Source: Squalus acanthias
Lineage: Eukaryota
Assembly: GCA_030390025.1 (NCBI GenBank)
Contig: CM059432.1
Location: 47,742,001 to 47,806,000, forward strand
DNA length: 64,000 nucleotides
Direction of reading: 5' to 3'
Shown here: positions 11,070 through 24,319 of the stretch, one piece after another
Numbering within the stretch: position 1 is the first letter of the stretch
Layout: every line of letters begins with the position of its first letter
Program-made: the position numbers and the translations under genes
Notes under the pieces: model-generated
Told to the model about the DNA's origin: nothing
Database searches by the model: none
The model's input: only the letters and a program-made list of their open reading frames with translations

Positions 11070-11535
11070 GTCAGCTGTGGCTCAGTTGGTAGCACACTCA
11101 CCTCTGAGTCAGAAGGTTGTGGGTTCAAGTCCCACGCCAGGGACTTGAGCACATAAAGCTGGGCTGACACTCCAGTGCAGTGCTGAACGAGTACTGCACT
11201 GTTGGAGATGCCGTCTTTTGGATGAGACGTTAAACCGAGGTCCCGTCTGCTCTCTCAGGTGTACATAAAAGATCCCATGGCACTATTTCGAAGAAGAGCA
11301 GGGGAGTTATCCCCGGTGTCCTGGCCAATATTTATCCCTCAACCAACCTAACAAAAACAGATTATCTGGTCATTATCACATTGCTGTTTGTGGGAGCTTG
11401 CTGTGTGCAAATTGGCTGCCGCGTTTCCCACATTACAACAGTGACTACACTGCAAAAGTACTTAATTGGCTGTAAAGCGCTTTGAGACGTCCGTTGGTTG
11501 TGAAAGGCGCTATAGAAATGCAAGTCTTTCTTTCT
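11070..11535 (+). mobile_element. tRNA-headed Deu-domain SINE with L2-type tail
   Basis: A box tggctcagttgg, B box ggttcaagtcc, Deu-like core (tgccgtcttttggatgagacgttaaaccgagg), tail ggcgctatagaaatgcaagtctttc. It splits the CR1 endonuclease. Confidence 0.85.
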
Positions 11536-12091
11536 GTCTTTATCCCATCCTTTATTATCAGGGTTACCCCTACTCCTTTTCCATTTTGCCTATCTGTTCT
11601 AAAATTTAAGTACCCTGGAATATTTAGTTCCCAACCTTGGCCACGGTGCAACCACGTCTCCATTATGGCTATTAGATCAAACCTATTAATTTCTATCTGC
11701 GCAATTAATTCATCTATTTTGTTGCGAATGCTTCACGCATTCAGATATAGTGCCTTTAGATTTGACTTATTCCTATTTCCCCCTGATGTCACCTTAGTCA
11801 CTGATGCCTTATTATCTTCGTTACTCTCTCTGTTCCTTCGTGACTCACTCTGCTTATTTTTACCCAAAACTCTACTCTGCTTTTAAATTTTCTCTTTCCT
11901 GAATCCTCCCACCCCCCCTTCATTAGTTTAAAGCCCTGTCTACTGGCCTAGGTATTCGGTTCGCCAGGACACTGGTCCCAGCCCGGTTTAAATGGAACAT
12001 TTCCCTCTTTCCCCAGTACTGGTACCAGTGCCCCATGAACTGAAACCCCTTCCTCCCACACCATTCTTTGAGCCACGCATTTAAACCTCTA

Positions 12092-12985
12092 GGGGTAAAA
12101 ATTCAGTTGGTTGCACCTCCCGTTAGCGCCTTAAGAGGGCGCTAATGGGGCGCAAAGCCGCTAACGCCCGGGCGCAGCGATGTTTGCGCCGCTCGGGAAC
12201 TTAACTAGAGATTGTGCGGCGGCGCTAAACTTTACCGCTGCGACCACCTGCGCGCGCAGATTGTGACGTCATTCCATGGTGCAACGCCCTTGTGGTGCCC
12301 CGGAGCGGAAATTGAGTGGCGCCCCCTGCCTTACCGCCTGGCGCATCCAACGACCAGAAGACTGGAACGCTATCAATCGCTGTGGGGCTGGGGGGGGGCA
12401 CTATTTAAAGGGGGCCTCTTGCTGTCTTTTATTGTTGGTGGCATTTTTGAACTATGCTTTCTGAGAGAGAGAGGGAGAGACTTCTGGAGAGATTCAACGT
12501 TGTGTGAAGGAGTTTTGGGTACTGAGCAGCACTTTGCAGGTTCATTTTGATTTGCCATTCCTTGTATCGATTTAGCAGAGACTGTGGGAGCTGCACTCTG
12601 AGCTCTTTGCCTGGTACTCTCCATTGTTCTTTCCAGCACATTTGATGTGCAAGTCTCTCCAGGCCGAGATTTAAGGCTGCAATGAACAGGATGTGGATGG
12701 AAAGCAAGATTAACCATCCCCTTTAAGAACTGGCCCGTGCCATTGTGTGTGTGTTCCATTGCTGACTGACATTACATGAGCTTCGCCAGCACTCTGAGTT
12801 AGCGCCTCACTCCTTGGCCTTTGCGCCTTAAGACAGGTGTGCAGCGCCTGCTTTAGCGCTCCACTCACCTCCCGGGGCGGTAAAAGTGAAGTTTCCAGTC
12901 AGTGCCGATAATTAGCGCCAGGCGCTAATATTTGCGTCCAGACGATATTTGCGCCCCAAATGGGGCGCGACCTAATTTCTACCCC
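12092..12985. mobile_element. Harbinger-type MITE (family A)
   Basis: TIRs GGGGTAAAAATT / AATTTCTACCCC, 3-bp TSD CTA. CR1 sequence rejoins across it. Sibling at 30568-31461. Confidence 0.9.
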
Positions 12986-13995
12986 CTAATCTCTTTGTCC
13001 CTATGCCAATTTGCACGTGGCTCAGGTAACAATCCAGAGATTATTAACTTTGAGGTTCTGCTTTTTAATTTGGATCCTAGCTCCTCAAACTCCCTCAGCA
13101 GAACCTCATTCCTAGTTCTACCTATGTCGTTGCTTCCTACATGGACCACGACATCTGGATCCTCTCCCTCCCACTCCAAGTTCTCCTCCAGCCTGCGAGG
13201 AGTTGTCTTTAACCCTGGCATCAGGCAGGTAACGCAACCTTCGGAACTCTTGGTCGCGGCTGCAGAGGACAGTATCTATCCCCGACTATACTGTCCCCTA
13301 CCACAACTACATTCTCTTTCACTTCCCCCACTTGAATGGCCTCCTGCACCACGGTGCCATGGTCAGCTTGCTCATCCATCCTGCAGGCTTTTCCCTCATC
13401 CACACAGGCAGCAAGAACCTCATACCTGTTGGACAAGTGCAAAGGCTGAAGCTCCTCCATCACTGCACCTGGGGTCCCCTTACCTGCCTGAGTTGCAGTC
13501 ACACCCTCCTGTCCCTGACCACTAACCAGACCTGTACCACTACCTACCCTAAGGGGTATGACTGCCTCCTGGATCAAAGTGTCCAGGTAACTCTCCCCAT
13601 CCCTGATGCCCCGCAATGTCTACACCTCAGACTCCAGCTCACAAACTTTGAACTGAAGTTCCTCAAGATGCAGACACTTACTGCAAACATGGTTGTCCAG
13701 GATCGCGATGCTCTCCACAAACTCCCACATGCTGCAGTTGCGGCACACCACCGGCACTGCCATCCCTATATGACATTGTTTTATTTAATTAAATTTAATT
13801 AAGTTTGTAATTAGGTAACTTAGTTTACAGTGTAGTTTCTTGACTACTTACTTGATCTAGATTAGGTTAAGGGTACTGAAATTAAATATCTACCTGTATC
13901 ACAAAGCACTACAAGTAGTGTAGGCAAAAAGCAGCAACTCCTTCCCCCTCTTCTCCGAATTCCCACTCTTTCCAAATTCCCAAATAAAACACTCT

Positions 13996-14625
13996 GGGCT
14001 GGATTTTGATACTGGGGCGGGTTGGGGTCGTGTCATCCGCATTTTGTGTTATCCACCCGCCTGCAATTGGATGTGGGAGATTGATGCAATTGTCACCTAA
14101 TTGGGCAATTGAGTTCCAGCATGTGGGAACCCATGAACCAATTAGTGTTTTCAGTCTGAAAGTCGCCTCTGATGATGTCATCATTGCTGCTGCATTGAAG
14201 GTCTTCAGAGACTGCCTGGCAGTCTCTGAAGACATTCAATGCAGCAGCATCAGAGGTGACTTTCAGACCTAATACTACTACTACCTTCATCACATCTCCG
14301 TTGTAATAGTGGACCTGCAGCTGATAGTCAGCTATCCACTTGTGCTCCCGCCAGGTTTCACTGGCGTGTTTCACATCAGGTGTGCTTCACGTTGGCTAAA
14401 ACATTTCAAAATGGCATTACAGAGCCAATTTAGGGCTTGTTAAGGGCTTTAATGGCCTCTCCCGCCTCTTGGAGGCAGGACGGAGTCGGGAACACCGCAC
14501 ACGATTTTATCAAAATTGCGTGGAGGCGGAATGGAGGCGGGATCAGGTCCGCCCACCACTTTTCGCAATTTTAACCCCCCACACGCCTCCAAACCCACCT
14601 CCACGGCCCTATGAAAATCCAGCCC
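13996..14625. mobile_element. Harbinger-type MITE (family B)
   Basis: 12-bp TIR GGGCTGGATTTT, TSD TCT. Sibling at 41564-42345. Confidence 0.9.
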
Positions 14626-14958
14626 TCTGTTTAAGTACACTCCATTTTAATCCTGCTCTGTGCAGACCGCTCTGTGCATCTAAACAAAAAAGTGTTTAGG
14701 GAGTATTAACCCTTCTTTGTTCTCTTTGTAACTTTAATGAAATTATCATACCTTTGAAGCATTCTGAAGTCATGGCATTTGCAAACAACGACAGTAAAGG
14801 TTAAAGTGCGCTGTCTTCATGAAGAATTATTTTTTGGTAAAAAATGTTTGCATATGTACATACAACACCTACTGTGCTGAAAAGCATAATTAAGTTACTT
14901 GTGTGTGATGTCATCATGATGAAACCATTCATATCTTTTATTCCTCACCAAATATAAA

Positions 14959-15370
14959 GGCCGCGATTTTGCCGGCGCTCAGAGAGGCGGATCAGAGGTT
15001 AAAGTGCTATTGATTGATGGCGGGTTCCGAACCCGCCGTCAACCCGCCTCCAAACAGCTTTCCCAAGTGTCAGGTCCCCGATTTGCGAATGGACCCGACA
15101 CCTAGCGGCGGGAAACGGATTAAAGGCAATTACCTGCCTATTAACAGGTACTTGTTGGTAGTTTTCAGCCTGTTTTTGGATTTTCCTGCTTCTGGGCCGA
15201 GTTTCCCAATGTCCGGACACCACGCCAGGTAAGTGTGGCATGTTGTGAGTCTGGTGTAATGTTCCTGTTAATTGGCCGGTAAGCCCTCAGGTCAATCAAG
15301 GGACCGGAACCTGGAACCTGGAAACTAGCTGTCCCGCACCCATCCCGACACCGACCACAAAATCGCGGCC
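14959..15370. mobile_element. Harbinger-type MITE (family C)
   Basis: Perfect 13-bp TIR GGCCGCGATTTTG, TSD AAA. The TIR resembles the end of the fossil Harbinger at 44962. Confidence 0.9.
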
Positions 15371-17427
15371 AAAGAGATTTGTTAAACATTTTTTGATACA
15401 GTGCCCCTTTAAATACAAAACAAAATCAAGTCCAACTCTAAAAATATAAGACTTGTGTTTATTACACAAAGTGCAATGAATATGGTTTTATGGAAAATGG
15501 GTCTAGAAATTACACTGTGCAATATTATTGTACAAATGTTTGTTGTTTGTCTGACACTATTTTAATGGATGTATTAATGCTTTAATAATAAATGTGATAA
15601 ATCACTATTAAAATAACAAAGGAATGTCGTATTAAGGGGTATATTTTCTCCTGGTGGATTTCAAGTACAGATGGATAACGCATTCAAACTACATTCACGT
15701 ATGTGGTGTTTTAAAATAAACAAGTTAATACCTGGCTAAAAATAGCACACAGATTCAAGTAGTACAAGCTAGCACAGTACATGAACTTTGCTGATTGAAA
15801 GAATACACTGTTTACATACTAATATCGCACAGAGTGATTTATCAGCTACTGAAATATGAAGCTGTGGCATGTTTGAAGCTTTACAAGACTTGCAAACAAA
15901 ATATTGGATGTCACCTAGGTCCTGCTGGTTTTCCTTAGGATTGCCAAACCCCCCTCAGTGCAGAACAGATGTCAAGCAAAGCTGCAGAAGTGCAATTAAT
16001 GTTGCATAGCATATCTTCCGAATTAGACACTATCTAATTAGCACAAGTCAATTGAAATTGGACTTACTAGTGATAAATCCAAAAATTTACAGCTGCAGAT
16101 ACTTTCAGCTGGTACTTAAATATTTAAATCTCAGCAAAATGAGGGCAGGGCATCCAGCAACATATGTATGTACAAAGGCTGGTATTGTTCCTCCTCCCAC
16201 TCCCAAGGTGCATAAACAGATCAGTTGCTGAGAACAGGACTCCAGTTGCCGTTTATGAAAACTCATAAGGATTACCCAGTGTCATCAACAGATGGCCAAT
16301 TTTGAATGTGTCCCCCCTTTTTTTTTTAAAAGGGCACAACTAATAAAAGAACTTAACCATAAAATAAATTTTCAACAAAACAAAAGGAAACTGATAAATC
16401 AAAATAATATTATTTCTGGTGTCTATAAGACACTCCAGTCCTTGCGGTGCCCACCGGTCGCAGAAGGCCTCAAGTGTGCCATTGGACACCGCATGTTCTC
16501 TCTCCAGGACCGCCCAGACGCGGACAAGACCGTGGAAGAGAGGCAGGCAACCAGAGCGACCTCACCCCCAACCCATGGACTGCATCAATCCTGGACCTAT
16601 AGATGGCTACGTTGGCCAGGCCCAGAAGCAGATCCACAAGTAGGTCCTCCACACCAGCTAGCCAGGATTGTGGTTACTTGAAGATGGGTCTTGTAAAAAA
16701 TGTTTGGTGATGTAATTTTAAGGTCAGGAACGCCACTTAAGACCATGGATTCTCCAAAAACGGAAAATCACCCAGGGTTATACCAGAGGCGAAACAAAAC
16801 AAAATCAGTGCAAATAATTAGTAACAGATTAAGAATCTGCGCCAATTTTGTGAGTGACATTAATTTAATTGGTCACCACTCTTTTTTGTTTATGTCATGC
16901 TGCTGTGCAGAAGCAACCAATCTCAACCCAGACAGCATGTCAGAAAAATGAGACTAGCTTTGGTCACTTAAACGTAAAGCTAAAAAATCCAATATTTCTT
17001 TTGTCTCTCCAATTTTGCCCCCCATCTCTCCCGAAGGTGATGGTTCATTTTCAGAAACAGATCCATGAGTGTCAGCTAGACCCCTGCACCTCACTCAAGT
17101 GGTCATTATTCATGTACAAGAGCCTAAACAGTTTTAGCAAGCTATTTGACTGAGCACTCCAGCTAAATCTGCATGGCACTTTCTAGCAGGACTTACTGGA
17201 TAGTGATCAGGACTGGGAAATATGGCTGATTTTGCCCTCCCTACGATTGGCTTGGCTGAGATCAGCTATCTCTGCACAGACCAGGGATCAAATTTGGATC
17301 TGATTTAATTTTTGTTTTATTTATACAGGCTCTATCGAAGTACTGAATTTTTCAGATTTTGATCTAAAAAGAGTAGATTTCATATTTACTTTGTGCATTT
17401 GTTGCAATAGACAGTCATTTAAAAAAA

Positions 17428-19856
17428 AATAGTTTTTATGGTATGTGGGCGTCGCTGGCAAGGCCAGCATTTATTGCCCATCCCTAATTGCCCTTGAGAA
17501 GGTGGTGGTGAGCCGCCTTCTTGAACCGCTACAGTCCGTGTGGTGAAGGTACTCCCACAGTGCTGTTAGGGAGGGAGTTCCAGGATTTTGACCCAGCGAC
17601 GATGAAGGATCGCCGATATACTTCTAAGTCAGGATGACGTGTGACTTGGAGGGGAACTTGGAGGTGGTGGTGTTCCCATGCGCCTGCTGCCCTTGTCCTT
17701 CTAGGAGGAAGAGGTCGCGGGTTTGGGAGGTGCTGCCGAAGAAGCCTTGACGAGTTGCTGCAGTGCATCTTGTAGATGGTACACACTGCAGCCACGGTAT
17801 GCCGGTGGTGGAGGGAGTGAATGTTTAAGGTGGTAGAGGGGGTGCCAATCAAGCGGGCTGTTTTGTCCTGGATGGTGTCGAGCTTCTTGAGTGTTGTTGG
17901 AGCTGCACTCATCCAGGCAAGTGGAGAGTATTCCATCACACTCCTTACTTGAGCCTTGTGGATGGTAGAAAGGCTTTGGGGAGTCAGGAGGTGAGACACT
18001 TGCTGCAGAATACCCAGCCTCTGACCTGCTCTTGTTGCCACATTATTTATGTGGCTGGTCCAGTTAAGTTTGGTGACCCCCAGGAGGTTGATGGTGGGGG
18101 ATTCGGCGATGGTAATGCCATTGAATGTCAAGGGGCGGTGTTTAGTCTCTCGCTTGTTGGAGATAGTCATTGCCTGGCACTTCTGTGGCGCGAATGTTAC
18201 CTGCCACTTATCAGCCGAAGCCTGAACGTCGTCCAGGTCTTGTTACATGCGGGCATGGACTGCTTCATTATCTGAGGAGTTGTGAATGGCACTGAACACT
18301 GTGCAGTCATCAGCGAACATCCCCATTTCTGACCTTATGTTGGAGGGAAGGTCATTGATGAAGCAGCTGAAGATGGTTGAGCCTAGGATACTGCCCTGTA
18401 GGTGGTGGTGTTTTTTTGTCAGCTTTACCTCTGACTTCTGAGCGGTTCGAATCGCTCCCACTCCCTTGGTTCTAGACCTTGGACTTATTTGGGGGTTGTG
18501 ATACAAAGGTGCAGCAGACAACTGAGTTTGATGAAAGAACTTTGATCTTTATTAAAAGGTAAAACACACATGACAACACTCTTAACACTCTAAAAGTGGG
18601 GAACACTTCGGTACAAGCGAGGGAAATAACATTAGGAGAATACTTCACCCCTCCCAATCCCACTTCACTAGCTAGGTTGGACTCTGGAGAACCAGGGATA
18701 ATGCTCACCAAACAAATCCTTGACAGTTGAGAGTTAGGGTTTCGAGTCTTTTGAGTAAAAAGTTTCGTAAGGCCCTTGTTGCTGCGAGGTGTCCGATGGT
18801 CACTGAGGCGGTCGCTTTAGTTTCTTCTTGCGTGTCGGCCTGCTTCTGGAGCTGTTGGCCTTCTTTGTTGAACTTCTTTCTGTTGAACTCTGCCTCTATT
18901 TAAACTGTCTTCTTCCGAGCTGTGGAACTGCCTTCTTGCAGAACTGTAACTGTTGTGCTGGAGAACTGGAGAACTGGAGAACTCCCTTCTTACTGAACTG
19001 TCTTCTTTAACTGCCCAACTTGCTTCTCCTGAACTCTGTAACTCCAGCACTGACTTCTGCTGAAAACAGGCTTTCAATTGAACTCGAAACTGCAGAACTG
19101 CCTTCTGTTGAACTTGAACTGTTTTTACTGGAGAACTGCTTGATGGGCCTTCAATTATACTAAATTGAAGTGGCCTTATCTACCCCAAATCAAATCCCGG
19201 TCATTGTAAGACCTCGTTAACAGTAACGACTTTACTAGCGTGTTAACCGGTTTTGTAAATATGTGAAGTGGTTTCAGGATAGCTCTATCCTGTCGATCTG
19301 TTGTTTAATCGAGTTTAATTGTCCTCATGTTTTGGGTTTCTTGACTGGGCCTAGGACTTCTATAGAATATTTGCTTTATGCATGTCTTTAATGGGTTCTG
19401 TAAACGGTTTTGATGGGACCTGTTATTTTGGGTGGGACTGTCTTCTCCCAGGGTCTATTGTCAAAATGTTAATGCCTGCTGGGGCTTTGAGTGAGGTCAT
19501 CCCGGTTCCCCAGACATTGCAATTAACTGCATTACCCAAACTGCTTTTACAGAGGTCGAACCCACCTCTTGTTCCTTTACAGGCCCAGACATAGTTTTAA
19601 AATGCCAAAACTTGGTTTTTGGTCTTACAGTCTCTTAGGTTAGGCCCAAATACAATATTATCACTCTGAGGTAGTTCCAAAGTCCTTTTTCCTTAGGTTT
19701 TGGGGATCTCCAAATTTTGGAAACCTTACAGCCCTGAGGAACTCCTGCAGCGATGTCCTGGGGCTGTGATGATTGACCTTCAATCACCACAACCATCTTC
19801 CTTTGTGCTAGGTATGACTCCAACCAGTGGAGAGTTTTCCCCCCTGATTCCCATTG
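17428..19856 (-). mobile_element. Second LINE family (CR1/L2 group), 3' part, split by a solo LTR
   Basis: RT pieces AGVPQG / SILG..FINDLP / MFADD and KAQVRSVMEYSPLAW. The same 3' end occurs at 38848, 53125 and 63740. Confidence 0.9.
18397..19730 (-). mobile_element. Solo LTR (Gypsy- or ERV-type), 1334 bp
   Basis: TG...CA termini (TGTAGG...CCTTACA) and a 4-bp TSD GCCC that interrupts the LINE GVPQGS motif. AATAAA on the minus strand near 18550. Internal gaactg-rich repeats. Confidence 0.85.
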
Positions 19857-19915
19857 CAATATAGCCTTGATTTATCTTAATGATTGCTAACATAATATTC
19901 ATACTTTAAAAATAA

Positions 19916-20378
19916 AGCCCAGAGTTTATCTCTGAGCGGTATTCGGGTGTGTGGAGGCCAAAGTGGGCTGCAATCTGTCCGCCCCTCCTGAGCATTGGGC
20001 CCGACTGATTTTCCCGCTTCTCCTAGTGCACAAGGAATCCACACAGAAATTCAAAGAAACACTTAACCTTGGTCTCTACTGGCTACTCTGCTGCCTCCCA
20101 GGTTCCGCTGGCGCTTTGGCACTGTGCACACCTCCCAATTTCTGGAGTTAAAATTCCATTGTGGCACCAATGACATCAACTCTATCATGTTAAGTAGGTG
20201 CTCACCAGCCCAGGACAGGCAGCTGGCCCTCCCATGCTGGACTTCTGCCTGGTTAAAATTGCAGGGTGGGGGAGGGGGGGGGTGGAAATGCATCAGGAAT
20301 GCGGCACGACCCTCCACCGCCATTTTAACAACCCGGCCATCTTGTTCGTGCCAGGCTGGCTGGGTTAGGATGGGGGCT
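19916..20378. mobile_element. Degenerate Harbinger-type MITE
   Basis: Ends AGCCC/GGGCT flanked by TAA on both sides; GC-rich island in AT-rich DNA. Confidence 0.55.
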
Positions 20379-21523
20379 TAAATCTTTACATAGTAAGTCG
20401 CCAGTACTGCAAACAAACGCTGAGGTAACACAGTGTTATTGACTATCTTGCAGTGCAAAGTTGTTTTAATGTTACATTTAGAGCCATGGCAGATTGACAG
20501 GCATAGCTAGTTTCTAGAGGTAGTTTATATTGCATTAGATATAGATCTACAAAGTCTTTCAATCACACTGAACTTTGGACTGGAATGGTTCAATGAATAT
20601 TATTTGTTTAAATCTCTGGTATTTCATGACTGCTTCACCCAAAGGACAGTAGAAGCAGTTGTTTCAGGCTCCACTTAGTGGTGAAATACACTCGGGTTCA
20701 TGTAACGAAAATACTTTTGCACATTTCTTCCTATGCGTAGTATTAGTAGGATATCGGCTAATTGCTGTGCTCTAGATAAGATACATTTCTGAGATCAGCA
20801 TGATTGACTGATTCTTTGCTAAGTTTGGAATATTTGGCACAAAACATATCTACAAACCTTTTTGCAGTTTAAAAAGACCCCGAAAAATCTGTGTTGGAGT
20901 AATTTAAATAACATCTAGTTCAATACTTTCAACATGATTAAAATATCTATAGCTTTGACAGAGTCATTTGATGTTATTGACTGACCAGGCTCTAATTTAA
21001 CAAAAAGTTATCCTTGTCATTTATCTGTGTCCATATCCCTCATTTTAATTAAATCAATGAGCATGTAAATCTCAGAGTGGTAGAACTTACAGCTTGTCTG
21101 TCCACCTTCCTTGCTCAGAGATACTTCAGTCTTCATATACTCACAAGATTTTACCTTTGAGTAGTGAGGACAGTAATTCCTGTAGTCCAGATTATAATTA
21201 ATAATGTGAATAATAATGAAAGAAACTGGTAACGATTGCAACAAATGTAAAATAGTAATGATTATTCTAATGCACAATAATAGTAGACCGTATCTGTAGT
21301 CATTTAGTTACATATTTAGGTTCTATTCCCCTATTTGATGCAACATTTTAATTCAGCAGATACAGGATCATTTTTATCACCTGCATTTTGCAGGTAATAT
21401 ACTTAAATACATTCAACATAAAAAGCTGAAAATTATTATTACAAAAAGAAAATATCAATGTTTATGCCAACAAGAAATACTTTATGAATCAGGCTTTTCG
21501 AGATGCTACCATTCTAAGAAAGT

Positions 21524-22130
21524 GGGCCCGACTTTCGTCCATGTTTTTGGCCAGGAATGGTGCAGTAGTGCGCTCAAAGTTAATGGATAGAACTTACCGC
21601 TCTCTTTGTCGTTCTGCTCACCGCCATTTTGATTGGGACCTTCAAATAGGCAGCCACAACTCCCGCCAGAAACAGTATGAAGCTCATTATAAAATGCGAA
21701 TCAGGGTTCTTTGATGTCAATAGGACCCCGGTGCAATTTTCAAGTACCAATGGGTGGAGCCCAGGCTTCATGTGCTTCGTTTAGTGGTACAGGACGTAGA
21801 GCGGCCTAACCAGTGGACCTTAAAGGGACTGCATGAGTCCACTCCAAAAATGGGGCAGGTAGGTTTTAGTGGCATTAATCCTCCTCCTGGCCCCACAAAA
21901 ATCGACCCATCTGATGCCCGACCCTCCACAGTCCTCAACCTGCATTAAATTAACAGCTCTGTAGAGGAGCTGCCAGATTTCCCGTCTATCGAATGCTCGG
22001 GCAGCTCACTGCAAATCTGGAAATTAGGCCCAACTATCAGAATGGTTCAGGTCTCCATCTGCTTTCATCGGCAGGGAAACTGGCTCGCTCCACCTGCCTC
22101 CCGCCTGATAAAAAGGTCAAAATCGGGCCC
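21524..22130. mobile_element. Harbinger-type MITE
   Basis: TIR GGGCCCGA(C/T)TTT, TSD AGT. Confidence 0.8.
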
Positions 22131-22443
22131 AGTAATTCTTACAGTTAATTGAATGTCAGAAAAGATCAAAAAGTTTTAAATTTTACATCTCATGGCATAA
22201 ATATGTACATCAATCTTTAAGATGACACTGATTAAACAGAGATTCTAAAATACTTATAACTTTGATATAAAAATTGTTCAATAGAGAATTATAGCGGCAG
22301 TCTTGTTTATGAATTGTTTGAACATTATTTAGACTATTTTAAATGGTGAACCAACCAATGAAAATCTAGATGATACAATAATTTTGTTGTATGAAGAACA
22401 GTTTAATTAGCTGGAAGAAGATTCAATGATAACCCATTGATTA

Positions 22444-22752
22444 CTACTGCTCAATGTGGTGCTGGTACCATAGGTTAAACTCCCGGATTTCCTTCTCACG
22501 TAAACGACGTGACTTGCTGGAACGGCTCGATTTGGTAGACTGTGCTGACTTAGAGCTTTGACAGCGGGAAGATGTTCTCCTCATCAAGTTCTGAGAGATT
22601 GACCGGTGGAGGTTTTTCATAGAAGACGATGCTGCCATTGTCACAACCCATGGATGCTTCAAAGCTTGACCAGCTGCCATTCTCTCATTAGGGTCTATTG
22701 TGATTAGCCTGTCAATGAAGTCCTTGGCAAGGTTAGAAACATTCGGCCATGG
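22444..22752 (-). CDS. PSKH2: Terminal coding exon of a PSKH-family Ser/Thr kinase (PSKH2-like; PSKH1 not excluded)
   Basis: PWPNVSNLAKDFIDRL...HPWVVTMAASSSMKNLHRSISQNL...SRRLREKEIREFNL matches the PSKH1/2 C-terminus as recalled. Acceptor gtcctttccttacag, phase 0; stops TAG TAA. The AGQAL, TMAA and NLM residues and the shorter Ser/Arg tract lean to PSKH2. Confidence 0.85.
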   Translation of the reverse strand, partial: PWPNVSNLAKDFIDRLITIDPNERMAAGQALKHPWVVTMAASSSMKNLHRSISQNLMRRTSSRCQSSKSAQSTKSSRSSKSRRLREKEIREFNLWYQHHIEQ

Positions 22753-22879
22753 CTGTAAGGAAAGGACAATGTAAACAAAAATCAATATTAATGCAGAATG
22801 TGGTGCAAGATAACAATGAATTCATTAAAGATAAAAAAAAATAGTCTGCACACCTACAGCAATGGCATCTCTTCCTACC

Positions 22880-23875
22880 CTTGCACATCACTCTGGGAGT
22901 CTGCCATAGATTCAATCCTTGGCTTCTTCTTCTTCCTACCTACATACTGCCCTTTGGCAACTCCATTGCAGACATGGGCCAGCCTGTACATGTACGCTGA
23001 CGCCACCCAGATCTACCTTTCTTTCTTTTCATACCTCTTCACTGTCTCTGTTCTGTCAGACTACTTGCCCAACATCCAGTCTTGGATGAGCTGCAATTTG
23101 CTCCAGCTAAACACTGCAGAGACTGAAGCCATCATCCCCACCATAAACTCTGTACCCTCACCACTGACTCTAGCCCCCTCCCCGCTATTGAGCTCAGCTT
23201 CTGACCCCATATTTTCTTCATCACAAAGACCACGTACTTCCACCTCTGTAACATTGCTCGCCTTTGCCCTTACGTCAACCCATTTGCTGCTGAAACCTTC
23301 ATCAATAACTTTGTCACCTCCAGAATCGACTATTCCAGTGCTCTCCTGGATTGGACTCCCATCCTCCATGCTTTATACACTAAAGCTCATCGAAAATTCT
23401 GCTGCCCATGTCTTAGCCTGCACCAGGTCCCACTCATCTATCACCTCTGTCCTTGGCTCCTGATCTCCCACGACATCAAAATTCTGACCTTTGGTTTAAA
23501 TTCCTCTAAGGCCTTGCCTTTCCTTCCCTCTATAACCTCTCCAGCTCTAAAACCCACCCTCCTCTGAATGCTCCATTATTCTGGCCTTGGTCTCTTGTGC
23601 GTCCCCCACCTTCACCCCCTCCTTTCCACTCCCCCCGCCCCCCACCCCCCATTGGCAACCATGCCTTCAGCTGCCTAGGCTCCATTGTCTCTCCACCTCC
23701 CCCTCATCCTTTAAGACCCTCTTTAAAACCCACCTTTTTGACCAAGCTTTGGTCATCCTTCCTAATATCTCCTTCTATGACGCCACATTCATTTTTTAAT
23801 TATCCTTCTCTGAAGTACATTGGGACATTTTATCTATGTTAAAGTCCATATGGAGTGCAAGCTGTTGTTATTATT
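22880..23875 (+). mobile_element. Old L2 LINE 3' fragment
   Basis: YADATQIYL...IQSWMSCNLLQLN..TEAII and an L2-type tail (tgcaagctgttgtt). Confidence 0.8.
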
Positions 23876-23979
23876 GTTGTGAATTCCAGAAATTGGAAAT
23901 AAAAACAGAAAATGCTGGAAATGCAGATGAGTTCAGTAAGGAGGAAAGTTGGGTTAATATTTTGGGTGGGACATTTAAT

Positions 23980-24319
23980 GTTGTCGTTGTTTCGTATGAC
24001 GGGAAAAGCTTATAATGGGAAGTCTAGTTTGGCTATCAATTCGATGGCCTCCTGAATTGCCGAGTGAAGAAATGAAGTCCTCCCGCAACAGATCTTAGTG
24101 GGCAGGTTAATGAGATGTGTTCCATGGTCTGGGACTCAGGGCCACAGTCGCACTTCGGGTCGTCCCTCATCTTCCATGTGTGGAGCAGATGGTCACATCG
24201 TCCATGCCCTGTGTGGAATCGGTTCAGTGCTGTCCACTGTCTTCAAGGGAGGTCGAAGCCAGGGACCTCTGCTGTTGGGTCAACGATGAGGTGTTGGTTC
24301 TTTATGTTGCATGCGTCCC
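23980..24319 (-). mobile_element. Vingi/Ingi-like LINE 3' end
   Basis: Minus frame WTALNRFHTGHGRCDHLLHTW..PKCDCG..QTMEH (C-terminal Zn knuckle). 9-bp TSD ACATTTAAT at 23971 and 24320. Confidence 0.65.

Larger units (their letters stand above)
4915..13800 (-). mobile_element. Near full-length degenerate CR1 LINE, interrupted by nested insertions
   Basis: ORF1 esterase (VVVHVGSNDIG, 12989-13221) and Cys-rich N-terminus (~13650-13770). APE endonuclease (VYRPP, MGDFN, SDHN; 10459-11700). RT ([37 protein letters not shown]; 5051-6610). CR1 tail at 4915. Confidence 0.92.

Noticed and set aside
16420..16680. GC-rich island possibly an exon or RTE fragment
   Set aside because: No clear splice sites, termini or diagnostic motif, so it could not be assigned.
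18860..19140. Interspersed gaactg repeats resembling a CRISPR-like array
   Set aside because: The units are short and irregular, lie inside an LTR and have no constant repeat-spacer period; the context is eukaryotic.
22753..22785. N-terminal MIFVYIVLSLQ of the kinase ORF as a start or signal peptide
   Set aside because: It is the intron polypyrimidine tract and acceptor read in frame.
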